DNA of 44,691 bases, taken from positions 659,632 through 704,322 of the forward strand of contig WELB01000022.1 of the NCBI GenBank assembly GCA_009602725.1, written 5' to 3'. Under the pieces are notes generated by a model. It ran no database searches. It saw nothing but the letters and a program-made list of their open reading frames with translations, and was not told the DNA's origin. This DNA comes from Spirogloea muscicola. Lineage: Eukaryota. Below are positions 12,401 to 24,242 of this stretch, piece after piece. The position numbers and the translations under genes are program-made. Within the stretch, counting starts at the first letter, position 1. Each line of letters opens with the position of its first letter.

Positions 12401-15400
12401 GAGGGTGTGCAATACCTGGGACAGCCAAGGTGAGAACCACTGATGCCACTCTTCTGCAACAGGGCCCCTCCAAATGTGCTGATCAATCTTGCAATCAACA
12501 CAGGAAGTACAAAGTCATGAGACTGAGTCAACCTGATGCACCTGAAGCTTGCAACAGGCCAAATGCTGTGCCTACATACAACTCCAGCACCTTGCGTCTA
12601 GGGTCCTCTGGAAAAGTCAACTGATTCTTGCAGGTAGATCAAGCCATCATGCCTTGCATTGGCAATTCAACAAATGATGTGATCCTCACAAGCTGATCAG
12701 CCTTCCAGATGTCAAAAGCTGTTGATGAATTGGGCCGGAAGATGTATGCCCCTGAGGCCTGCCATCATGTGTCACCTGTCATGAATATCTATCTTGGGCT
12801 GGCACAGAGTGTATCAAGGTCCAGCTTGTGGGACTAACACTGATGGAAGCCGTGGAGGCATGTCATGCATTAAAGGCAAACGTGTTATGCAGACTAATAG
12901 GTAACCAGACTGTTTGTATGCACACATAGTCCGTGCAACACACCTGGTAACGATTCTCCTCAGTACTCCCATCACTAGCATTGTACCAGTGGAATGATAC
13001 TGCCACTTCCAGCGCATCCTGAGGAGACGCACTCAATGAGCAGTCACATTGAGCCGACTGACAATAGACAATAGACAAAAATTAGTGATCAATCTAGCAC
13101 ACTGCTGCTTGTCCTACGGACGAGGGCAATCACTAGGTGAGCTCCTGCACTTGAGACTGCAGCTGAGCACTTTCATAAGGTTGATACAGTCTGCTGGCAG
13201 GACAGCACTTTGCCGCTGTGTTTGTCCACAGTATCTTGTGCAATACGAATCTAGAGATGAGCAGAGCATGAGTCAACTTCAGCTGCTAAAAGAACCAAAA
13301 TGCACCAGAGGGTCATGTCAAGTTGTTGTCTGAAGGAAAGCCAGGCTTCACCTTGGCGGCCCTCAAATGGCTCAACCTGCTACTCCCCTGAGCCATTAAA
13401 AGTTGAGCTACGTTGGAAGTAGCTTCCTGTGAATTCATCCCAGATGCATCTTCCTCTGCCATCACTGCCCTCCCTGGACATTGAAAGGTCGTAGAGAAGT
13501 CAGAAACCTGGCATAATCGATTGCCGATTGTGAATGTCATGTTCAGCCTGCATTGTCTTAGCATGCATCTTCAGTGACTGTCATGCTTACTGCTGGTAAG
13601 GCGAGCAAGTATGTGAATCTATGTCATCAAGTGACCTTTGCATTCGAGACATGATGGAAAAAGTCACTCAGATCACTGAAATTTGCAATTGTTCAGAGTA
13701 GCTGCATTGCATGTCATTGACCTATTAAGAGCACACCCAATAAAGCTGGCCTATGAGATAGTTGTCTGACATTGCAATTGATAGATACCTGCTGTGTTGG
13801 CAGTAGTGCCATTTGCCAGTTCTGTGACATAGTATGTGGAGAAGCCCAGAGGGAGGACCTCAGCATAGAAGAGGAGTATGTATAATGCGTCATCCTTGCT
13901 TTGGTCCCTTGTCAAGCTAGCGTAAATGTTGCGGAGGCGCTTGGTTGCATGACTTAAGGGTACAAGCTGAGCTGGCACTGTGTTGCCATCTTCATCTGTC
14001 ACTATGAGCCTGCTTGAGCTGACCTGCAAAAGAATATTGCACATTAAAGTGATGATCCCGGTGGCTCTGACATGAAAATCCCCTATGAGTAGTATTGTTC
14101 AGTTCGGCAGTACAGCTGTTCAGGTGTACATGCTTCAGCCTGGCAGCATACAACGTTCTGACATCCACCTACTTCATCTCTACACAATTAGAGCCTTATG
14201 TGTTGGATAAGCTTGTACTCTTCGGTGCAAGTGGAAAATGCACGTAAGATATCACAGACAAAGGGACCACTTACAGGAAATTTGATGAGCTCCTTGCGAT
14301 GCCAACCCAGGGGATTGTAAGCAACAAGTACCTGCACAATCTGTACTGGTCAGAGCCTCCTCCACTATGAGCAACAAGCACCTGCGCTGTTGAACATTTT
14401 AAACCTTAAGGACTGGCAAGAATTAGAAAATAACATGCGTGCTGCTAGCAAAGTACGTGTCATGCCCCTTTCTACGGTTGCTTAACAACACAGATGAGAA
14501 CTCCAGTACCAAAGCTGATTCTTGGGCTTGACAGTGCATGCAAGGCATGCATAGGTAAGAAAGGAATGTAAATGTGACATTTTATTTTGTCAGGACAACA
14601 ACTCAAACTGAGGATGTCACTCTGCAACAAGCAGCACGCCAACTTGAGCTGATGTAGTTTATGTGTAGCCACGTACCAGACTGTCATCGTGACGAAGTTC
14701 TTCTTCTGTGACAGGACAGTAGCTTATATTGAGGAGATCACACTGCAGAACATGAAAGCAAGTCTGAGCCAATGTTCAACTCCTGTTCACTTACAAAGTG
14801 CACTCCAATTCACCAACACGTCATCTACTCATTTGCTTCTATGGAGCACAAGTATATACATCTCACAAGCATCCTTGCTGCACTACTATGACCTTGAGTA
14901 CTTGCAAAGCTTATGTTGTCTGACAGATTTCAGCAGGTGGCCATGACCTGCTGAAAGGTAGGTGCTTTGTGCATAGTATCCTCAATCAAAACATGCTCCT
15001 CATAGGCAAGCATAGTCCTCCTCATTGCAGGATCAGATGCCGCGGCTCTTCTGCTTGCTACTTGAAGAGAAGTCAAATCTCCCAGTGCAGCACTTACAAC
15101 TTGCTCAGCCTGAAAGATCAGAGCTCCCCTTAGCTTCATAGAGGATCTACTTGCCAGTGGCAGCCGCAGTAAGAGGACATGCTTGCAGAAAATAACATCC
15201 CGGTGTCCTCACACATGGCAACATCCTCTATGACCCAGTACAAGGAATCACTGCGACAGCAGTGTATGGCACACAATGATGTGTCAAGGCTTCTGACTTT
15301 GTAAGATCTGCTCAAGTACAGAGAGTGCAATGATCTAACTAGGTTGACTGCATTCTCTTTTAAAGTGGTTACTAAAGTACAGCACTCTTACCTTTACGGC

Positions 15401-18400
15401 TCCCATGTGTAGGCGTTTGGCGTAATCATCTGCCACATGCTGGCGCTCCGTGCCACTGACGGCATCGTGATGTTGTGAGATTGCTAAGGCTTCCTCTAAA
15501 AGGTCGGTTGTTGGAGGCCCACTGTCATCGAACTTCAATAATCTGCTTTCTGTCTTCCTTCCCACAGCCGCCTCCAGCTGCCTTGCAGCCTGGTCATACA
15601 ACATCCGTGGCATACGTCAATTACAGCAGGGCTTGAGTACCTGAGATAAATCTAGTAGCTCCATGTGCTGCTTGCTGTGTAGCTGCACAGCCTTCATAAC
15701 AAGGCGGACGAGGAAAGTGAAGGACACATGCAGACACCACCAGCAGGCTTGGAGATTGACCTGTAGGTAACCACTGAGTTTACGCACGTAGCCTTTAAAT
15801 GCAGGGCGACTTGTGAAGTAGCCAGTCCAATAACAATTCGGACAATCTGCATAACTGTGGCAAGGAAAGTGTCACAGCAGAATATACTGGAATGAAATGT
15901 TTGTCAGATGCTGATTGTGCTACAACTCCTGCAGCCCTTTAGTTGAAAGTAGCTGCTACTGAAGCCATGCTCACATTTAATCGTCAGGATGAAAAAATGA
16001 TAGATGTGAGCCTTTGCCCAGCGGTCAGTAAATTGCAGTTGACCAGGAGCAACTCACGGAAAAAAGTCATTGTGTTTCAGGGGCCATGTTTCATTGGCAG
16101 AGTGTTTCGCATCAATGTATATTGAAGGGGTTGAGTACATGGCATTGACTCTGCCATCCTGCAAACAAGTATGATAAATGCATTGCATGCTACCATCAGG
16201 AGAAAGGTTGCACAACTGAGTGGTGAGTACTTAAGCTGCACTGCCCCCATCTAAAGTTCTGCATCTCTAAAATGGGGGTCTAGACCCATCCTTACCCTGT
16301 TCACATAATGAATGAGCTTGTCCATATTCTTGTACCAAGTATTGGCATTGCTGTATGAAAAGTCTTCCCCCATGGTCCACATGATGTGATTTGTACGAAA
16401 TTGTGAACTCTGAAAGCACAAGTAACAGTCAGCCAGTTCCTTACAAGCAAACGATGAGTGCCCTTCTTGCTAAAGATTGTTTGACCTGCAAGGGCATCCT
16501 TTAAAAGTGCACACAAGACACAAGTGACACAAGGCTGGCCAGTCACTGCTGGCCATGCAGGACATCTATTGAATGCATTGAGTTTGCATGTGCTTTGATG
16601 GCTTGCACCTGTTCCTTAGCAGCCTCCACGAAGGCATTTACTCTCTCTTCAACGTTATCATCGAAAAGCGAGGGGTCATCCTGCCACAGATCGGCCACAC
16701 TGCTTAGCCATGTCATCAGTAACCACTTGGACTGTCACGTAGAAATTGACAAGGTAGGGACTTGCCAATGTCTCAGGAACCGTCACTTAAGCCAAACTCA
16801 CCTGAATGGGAGGGTCCTGAGACTTGATCTCATATCTGAAGCCCTCTGGTGGGTCATAATGATGACCAAGTAAACCGGCAAAAATCTGCGACACAAATCT
16901 TTAGGTTGAGCAGTGTACACAAGCAAGCAAGCAACCACATCACAGTTTCAGAGTGCAAAGCGTACACAAGTAAGCAACCAATCACATCATAATCGTATTG
17001 TCAGTCAGATATAATTTATCAAGCAAAATTGCAAGTTCCCCAATGATTCAGCTGGATTATTACAATCCTAGAATGTGAATCTTGCATACTTCATATCAGA
17101 TATATTAACAATTCAGTATAATGATGGGATGAGCATTGTGAGCAAGATCCAAGGTCAAAACTATTGAAAGAGCCTCAACCTGGGCACTTTCGGCCAAGGA
17201 CTTGGAACCTCTCCAGATCATCTCCATCTCCAGGTCTTTGCGACGTCGCTTTATGTCATCATAATCAGCACGCGCAAAGAAGAGCGCATCGAAGCCAACC
17301 TGACACAAATAGAGCACGAATAGATCACATGTATATTAGCAACAAGTGAATTATCGTCTTTGAGCTTTACAGCATACCTCTATGATACAGCAAAATCTTC
17401 AGCACACTCATTGCAAGGAAACCTTTACCGGGACACCTAATATACTTCAGTGATGCTTCATTGCACCACTCATATGAATATGACTGTAAGCGCTTGGGTA
17501 GACAACAAGCTGCAGAAGTGGAAGACAGCACTGAAGCACCGATCTACTGCTTCACAATACACGTTCTAAGACAAAAATGCTGCTTAGAATTTACCTCAGC
17601 TGATAGAAGTGAAGCTTGTGTAGCTGAGTGTCCAAACGGATCAATTTGCCAACCTATCCGAGGAAAGTGGTCATCTCCAAATTGTTCTAGAATATATCGA
17701 TGTCCCAACGTGGTCTGATCGATCATGTCTACATAGTGCGTGGCAGCCTCGTCGTGCATGCACCAGCCCCCATTTCTGGCATAGCAGAAATCAAGGTTGT
17801 GAGGACATGTTGCAGAAAGGCAAGAACCTCAAACAGTAGAATGATTAGCAGGTGCCCTTGATCTTGTACTTCCTTCGGCGACTCTATAACTCCAATGTGC
17901 ATTGGCTCCCTATAAACACAAGACCTACGATGCTCAGTGTGGCTGATAAAATTCAAAACCAGGACTAGAAGGGCAAGGGCATGACAAGAAGAGCACATGA
18001 ATTCCAGCTGGCCTGCTTTCACGAGCTTTTTGACGGTTCTCTTACGCTTCCTGCTCTGTTCTCGCCACCATCTTTGAAAGAATGCCTGAATAAGCAACAC
18101 CAATTTTCGTCAGCCAGAACTCCAACAGCAGCTCAGGAGCAGAAATCCACTTGAAGTTGCCGCATCAAACGCCAGTTGCCAAGCCGGATGCCTAATTTCC
18201 ATACCGGATTCCGGACACTGATGCTCATGCCAAATAAAAGCTCCAGTTTACACTCTAAATGGGCTATACCGGATTCCGGACACTGATGCTCATGCCAAAT
18301 AAAAGCTCCAGTTTACACTCCAAATGGGCTACCAATGTGGCTGTGCCTTACTTGGGTAAAGCACACAACTCCGGTATTAATATACAATCTACTTGACGAC

Positions 18401-19012
18401 CAGTACTTATCTAGGTAGGCAACGGCTTGACCTGTTCCACGTAGATGAACTTCCGATCAGGGTTTTCGAGCAGCTTCTCCACCACAGAGTCCAAAATGTA
18501 CTGCACAGATGCTATCTGCAAGACTCCACGCCACCAGCTCAGCATGTACTGCCACCAAACCTGCTAAGGACAGTCAATAGGAGTCTTGACACGTGGGAAG
18601 CAGCCACTGAAGCATCGAGTGGGGCAGCTTACATGAAGACATGTGCCCTCAGCAACTTTCAGTTCTACCAGCTCAGAGTAGCTGGAGCAGATTCACATCG
18701 TGTTATGGACACGAGGGGGTTTTACTACAGATTCAGCAGTCGATCACCACAGAGCAGTCACAGCCGCCGGAGCGAGATTCCAGACGGGACCTGAATGGAG
18801 TTGTTGGAGCCGACGTAGTATTGGTCGACGGTCTTGAGCCAGCCGACGTCGTCGTGCGAGTGCGGCACCAGGTGCACGTTGAGCTTGCCGGGCACTAGGC
18901 TGGCCCTTGTGTCGTAACGGCGAGGCGGCCTGCCGCCCTGCGCCGCGGCGGCGACGGCCAGCGCGGCGGCGGCCAGCGCGGCGGCGAGGCGCCACGCCGC
19001 TGCGCGAGCCAT
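9457..19012 (-). CDS. Alpha-mannosidase, glycoside hydrolase family 38 (vacuolar/lysosomal type), >25 exons
   Basis: Signal-peptide-like [25 protein letters not shown] is followed by [22 protein letters not shown] (exon 19012-18791). Later exons give [79 protein letters not shown] and C-terminal LGPMEIRTF. Stop at 9457-9459. Confidence 0.95.
18201..18330 (+). repeat. 65-bp tandem duplication (2 copies, 1 mismatch) in a mannosidase intron
   Basis: ataccggattccggacactgatgctcatgccaaataaaagctccagtttacactc(t/c)aaatgggct at 18201-18265 and 18266-18330. Confidence 0.95.
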
Positions 19013-19128
19013 GGCGTCGCGGCGGGGGCGGAAGTGGCTGCGAGCTTTGGAGGTCGGACATACAACGTCGCAGCAGCTGGTATGTGTAACAATATTATCT
19101 TTCTTGTATTGTTTCTGCATTGATGTTN

Positions 19129-21954
19129 GAGGAGTCGTTGCGGGGAGCCAAGCTGCGGTGGCGGCCCAGCGACAGCGGCGAGCGCCGGCGAGGGGCCCCC
19201 GCCAGAGACCGAGCCCGGCTGCGGGTGACGGCGGCGGCGGCGGCGGCGGAGGCGCCGCAGCTCTCGGCGGCGGGGGTCCAGCGCCCCGACCGGCTCGTGG
19301 TGGCGACGCGGGAGAGCGGGAAGAATGGCAAGCTCGTCCGCGCACTGGTGAGTGCCACTGTCGGCGGCCGGCAGCTGGAGCTGCCTCTGCAACACTGGCA
19401 GCGTACTCGACGTCCGTCATTACTGATGCCGGATGCTGGAAGTAGCATGCTGGGAGCAAGCAAGCTGCAGCTGTGAGGGATATCTGTGCCTTGGCTGGTG
19501 TCGCAGGCGGCCAAGGGAGTCCAGTGCCTGGAGCTCCCACTGATCAAGCACGCGGAAGGGCCCGACCTGCAGCGCTTGGGGGAGACCCTCAGAGGTGAAG
19601 TCTTGCACCGGAAAGACAATGCTTGCTCTTTACTACCATTGGCTGCATTGACGTTTTGGGATCTGCATGCGCCCATATTAACAGAAAAAGGCAAAGCTTG
19701 TAAGTCTTGTGCTCGATCAATTCTTCTGTACCTCAATGAAGTAATCTAATAAAATTTTGCTCCTCAGCTCTCAGCATCTTGTGAACTGGCCACATTGTCT
19801 AAGTGATGGCTGCCTCAATGCCTTCCTTGATCACATTGATGTCGTATAAGAGCTGAGGTTGGAGCTGCTGCCTGTTTTAGCAGATGTGGAGTTTGAGTGG
19901 ATTGTGGTAACTTCTCCCGAGGCTGCTTCAGTATTCCTCAATGGATGGAGGTATTCCCATTGACACGATGAAATTGTCAAACGCGTCCAATTGTCCATGT
20001 CAGACTAGTCAAGCATGGTATGGTAGTATATTACCAGATAGATTATCAGCTATTTTGACTTATTTACTTTGCTGCTTTGCTTTTGATTACAAAAAGTTGG
20101 TATCAAATTGTTGAGTATGTGGATATGCAGGGAAGGTGGGTCGCCAAGTGTCAGGCTTGCTGTCGTGGGATCTGGAACTGGTGAAGTCATATGCAATGCA
20201 GGAGCAGATAGCGGAGCAGACAGTCAGTCTCTCAATGTGCTCTTCACTCCGACCAAGGGTAAAGCAACAATATTCACTGGAACTGTGTGAACAGCTTCAC
20301 TGTAGAACTTCAGTAGATACTCCTCGAGATAGCGGCCCACGATTTTGTGGGTGTCATGCTACATCCCAGTTGCTACAGCAGCTCACGTGGATCTTCAGGC
20401 CTGGGCTTCATTGTGCTAGATATGCCACTCTCCTTCGTTGCTAACCGCATGTTTCTGCTAGACTCCATGATTCAGCAAAAATTTACTGCTTATTCCTAGT
20501 TTCAAAGAAGCTACTCAAAGCGCGTACCTTTACATATAGAGCTTGAGATGACCTTGTCCTCTTGGACATGAGTTGCTTGCAGGTCACAGTCATCCTCTGT
20601 CAAGTCCATTTTCTTGAGCAGATGGTGAATGGCTTGCTCTGCAGCTATTGGGAAGGCATTGGCTGTGGAGCTCCCAAAAGCACCAGAGGGCTCAGGGAGG
20701 GTACTTTATCCAGCTTCAGTCAAAGCCAGTAACGACATAGGTACAAATCTTGAAATCCCTGACACCCGCTTCATGATAGAGTACGTGCCTGTCTCATCTG
20801 CAAGCTAAATCAAGGTGCTACTGAAGCTTGTGTCCACTTTTAGCTGATGTCTTGAAAGGGATCCAGAGGCCGCTACTTCTTGCTACTGTAAGTAGTCCAA
20901 TGATGAACATGTGTTTGTGTGACAGAGGAAGGCCTGACAGCCAGGGGCTTTGAGGTTACTCGCCTCAACACATACTCCACGGTAGGCTGAATGGGCGGGC
21001 TTTAGGGTCTTGACTTGATGCTCACATAGTGTCACGCTTGGCATCGAGGCATGTCTTCGGCACATCTGATATTCTCAGGATGGTACTGTGCCCTCCTAGT
21101 CTGTAGAACTGTCCTCTCACAGCCAGTTGCCATCTTGCGCATTCGGGAAAAATGTGTCTGTGCTCAAACATTCATCCTCTCTGTGCAAGTTTGCAGTCCA
21201 ACAATGACCAAGTTGATCGAGACGCCTTGAGAGTAGCTGCGTCAGCTAAAGTTGCAGCATTTGCATCTCCAACAGCAGTCAAGTAGGACCCTTCTTTCCT
21301 TCCTCTCAGGCTTAATAGCGAGAAGTGATGTTGGTGGTCTCAACAATCATGTGTGGTTCATGTTGGGAGTCATTGATAGCCGCCTCTCATCACATTGGCG
21401 GAGGCCTGATTAGGAGCTTCTCCATCACCACGGGATGCAGGGCATGGGTGGAGCTTGTCATGAAAGATTCAGAGTGGGATGGAGCTGCAGCATGCATTGG
21501 AAGCACATCAGCAGAAGCTGCAAGGAAGTACGGGCTCAAGAGAATATTTTACCCAGACAAGCCTGGCATCAACGGGTGAGGCTATCTGGGGCAAATATTG
21601 CTGGTAATCTGGCAGAAAAGCAGTAGCTTCTTCTTGAGAGATGTAGTTGACATTCTTGAGCTGGAGCGCATCAAAGCATTGTCATGGTAGCTTTGCAGTC
21701 CTGCGTTTCTGCAGCACGCTATACTTCTCAACTAGTAGTCTGGGCAATCCGGCTGTATTAAGATAGAAATGCAATACCTGACCTACTTGCTGTAGACCTT
21801 TGATTGTGAGAAGTGTCATGCAGGCTAGGAAGTAAAGCATGCAGGCACTCTGTGACCCAGTGACCCACTTTACGTTTCCATTGGATGCAGGTGGGTTGAC
21901 AGCATCCTTGAAGCCTTGGAAGCTCCACAAGCAAGTCAAGCAGTGACCATGTGA
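19129..21954 (+). CDS. UROS: Uroporphyrinogen-III synthase (HemD), plastid-targeted; start probably lost at the N at 19128
   Basis: Exons ~19129-19347, 19507-19594, 19884-19950, 20131-20258, 20645-20740, 20926-20981, 21197-21282, 21441-21575, 21891-21954. Motifs: VVATRESGKNGKL, CLELPLIKH, WIVVTSPEAA, LAVVGSGT, VLYPASVKAS, VTRLNTYST, FASPTAV, ACIGSTSA, YPDKPG. Confidence 0.93.
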
Positions 21955-22583
21955 ATCACAAACACCACGTCACCTCATTGGTGGATTCAGGATTCAGATG
22001 CTTATGGAGGTACATAAAAGGCTGGGCAAAGTCCCCCTAAACAAACATTGCGAAAGTGGGAGTCAAGTCTGCAAGAGTGAGTCAACTAAAGCAGGCAGCT
22101 AGTCTTCTGCTTCACATGCAGATCGTCCTTTCTTTACCTGTGAGAGGTGCCCTGCAATTTGCAAGCCACCACTTGCCAACACAGGAATGGCTCGTGATGC
22201 AACACTTACTTCTAGCAATGTTCCTACTGCCAAGAGTGACGCATGCAAGGCCAAGCAGCGCATTGCACATGACGGTCAGTATGTGTGAGGACGAGCAGGT
22301 CTGAGGCGCATGATGCATTTTGCATTGTTCTTGTATGCAATTTTGACATAAACCCCTGGCTCTGGTCAATGTTCTCTAGAAACGACCTCACTGTCCATCC
22401 ACTTGTGATCTACTCCAATCAATGCAGCTGCAATGCATGACGGCTGTTACACTGCACAACACGATCTGCTTACTTGCTCCTGTCAATAAGTAAATACTTG
22501 AGACCTAGTACGCTGGTGCTAATTTACAGGTTATGTTTGGCCGCGTCCACGTCCTAGTAGGCGAACTATTGTGAGAAGTTTGT

Positions 22584-23343
22584 CTAGCTTGTCTTCTGAG
22601 AGGCTAAGTCCACCTTATCCTTGACCTCAGATTTGCCGTTAGGCGTGACCTTCGAGGGTGGCCGGGACCCGGGCTTGTATGGACACGCCAAAGGCTCCCG
22701 CACTGGGGGCTTGTACTCCTTCCCTATCAAGCGATAGAGTTTGGACTGCAAGAAGCACCCAGCAAGGAGGCCCAACACTTGGCGGTTCAAGTCAGCTTGG
22801 GACAATGCTGACACAAGCCTTTGGCACAATGAAGTAGTTGTGTCAATCGCAACTGGACAATAAATGAGATGTGAAGACAGCAAGGTGCACATCGTGAAGC
22901 AACATGGCACGGCTATTGGGAGCTGGGGAAGGTGAGGCAGCCTCCAGGCATGCTCAGACTCAAGTGCATACATCCTTTGCTGACTCCCAGGTGTATAAAT
23001 TAGCGCCCAACATTGAGTGAGATGCTCGTCCATCAGAGCTTGACCTCATTGCGGCGTCGACCCTGCTCCACTTACAAGCGGCTGCTGCAGCTCGGATTGA
23101 CACTGTAGTAAGTGATGTAAAGATGCTGAGCTCCTCAGGCGCTCACCAGAACGAGGTCGACGATCTTGGGCAGGTAGCCCAGGAGGGGGAAGAGGAAGAA
23201 GGGCAGCAGGCAGGCCACGCACACCTGGCAGCGCCAGGCACAGGCGGGGCCAGCTCTCAGCCACAGGAGGCCACGGCGCAAGAGGGGCACGGCGCGGTCG
23301 TCCCGGGGCAAGGCGGGGTCGAGCTGCGCCCGGCTCTCACCAT
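22584..23343 (-). CDS. Small 80-aa membrane-associated protein, C18orf32/UPF0729 (DUF4512)-like
   Basis: The ATG alone (23343-23341) is followed by a GT donor; exons 23224-23147 and 22745-22584 follow. Product MVCVACLLPFFLFPLLGYLPKIVDLVLSKLYRLIGKEYKPPVREPLACPYKP...; the MVCxxC start, hydrophobic segment and ACP(F/Y)KP motif match the conserved plant family as I recall it. Confidence 0.8.
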
Positions 23344-23511
23344 CTTGGCGGTCCCGACGGTCGCGGCGGCGTAATGAAACGGCGGATACGGCGGCGGCGG
23401 AGGCGGCGGCGGCGACGGCGGCGGCGGCGGCGGCGACGGCCGCTTGACGAGTACGAGATGGCTGACCCCTGGCTCGCGGCGTGGCTGGCGCTGAGCCGGC
23501 GGGGCGCGCAG

Positions 23512-23840
23512 AGTACCACCTGGGGCAGCTCAAGGCCAAGCTCGCGAAGCTGCGCACGCAGCTGCTGGAGCCGCCCAAGGTTGACGGCAATCCACGCCGA
23601 CGTTAACGTCGCCGCCTTCATGTAGCTCAGGCCGCAGCGGCAGCGCTTAGCTTGAGCTGCTGCAAGTCGTGGCCTTCCTGTGAGGCCACTGGCCGCCAGC
23701 GAGCGTCCATGCAACTCATCTAGCGCTGCGGCAATGGCGGTGGCTGTACTGCCGTGCTGCCAGGGCGCAGCGGGGGCGGGCGAGGGCTTCGAGGTGACCA
23801 AGTTCGGGCACGGGCGCGTCGCGCTCATCGGCTTCCCCAG
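23512..23840 (+). pseudogene. DRG: Two-exon fragment of a developmentally regulated GTP-binding protein (DRG2-type, OBG family)
   Basis: Exon 23512-23579 gives (E)YHLGQLKAKLAKLRTQLLEPPK and exon 23764-23840 gives GAAGAGEGFEVTKFGHGRVALIGFP(S), both with intact AG/GT borders. No first exon and no VGKST-containing exon is visible nearby. DRG identity is strong; pseudogene versus misassembly is unresolved. Confidence 0.7.
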
Positions 23841-24192
23841 GTGACCGGCCGCAGCTCGGCCGCGCCCCTTGCCGTGATCTGCACGCCACAGTGACTTGAT
23901 TGCTCGCACGTCGGGTCGTCTCGCATGCTCAGTGCAGGTTTGCCACTGAAGGATAAGCTGGAAGCCAGGAAGCTCAAGTTCCTGGCTTCCAGCCTTAGAG
24001 AACCAGACCCCCAAACCCCAAACCCTTTGCTTGTGTAGCATGTTAAATCTGTGTTGCAGTCAAATGGTTGCACTTCTTAGGCAAGACTAGCTGTTGTGAC
24101 CGTAGCTTTCCAAGCTTCTTGAGGATGTGAGGTCGGGCTTAGGGCGCTTGCCCTGCAACCGCCGTCCAGCGACCTCTGCGTTGGCTGAGCCC

Positions 24193-24202
24193 TTTTGGCG
24201 CG
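24193..24202 (+). promoter_or_regulatory. Candidate E2F/DP binding site TTTTGGCGCG upstream of LIN37
   Basis: Matches the TTTSSCGC consensus and lies ~40 bp before the N at the 5' end of the LIN37 coding region. Confidence 0.4.
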
Positions 24203-24242
24203 TGCGCGCCACTCGCCGCTGTGTGGCGCCAGCGTGGGAAAN

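Noticed and set aside
23442..23470. LDEYEMA peptide as a remnant DRG exon 1
   Set aside because: The resemblance is weak, it is out of frame with the DRG exon and there is no suitable donor.
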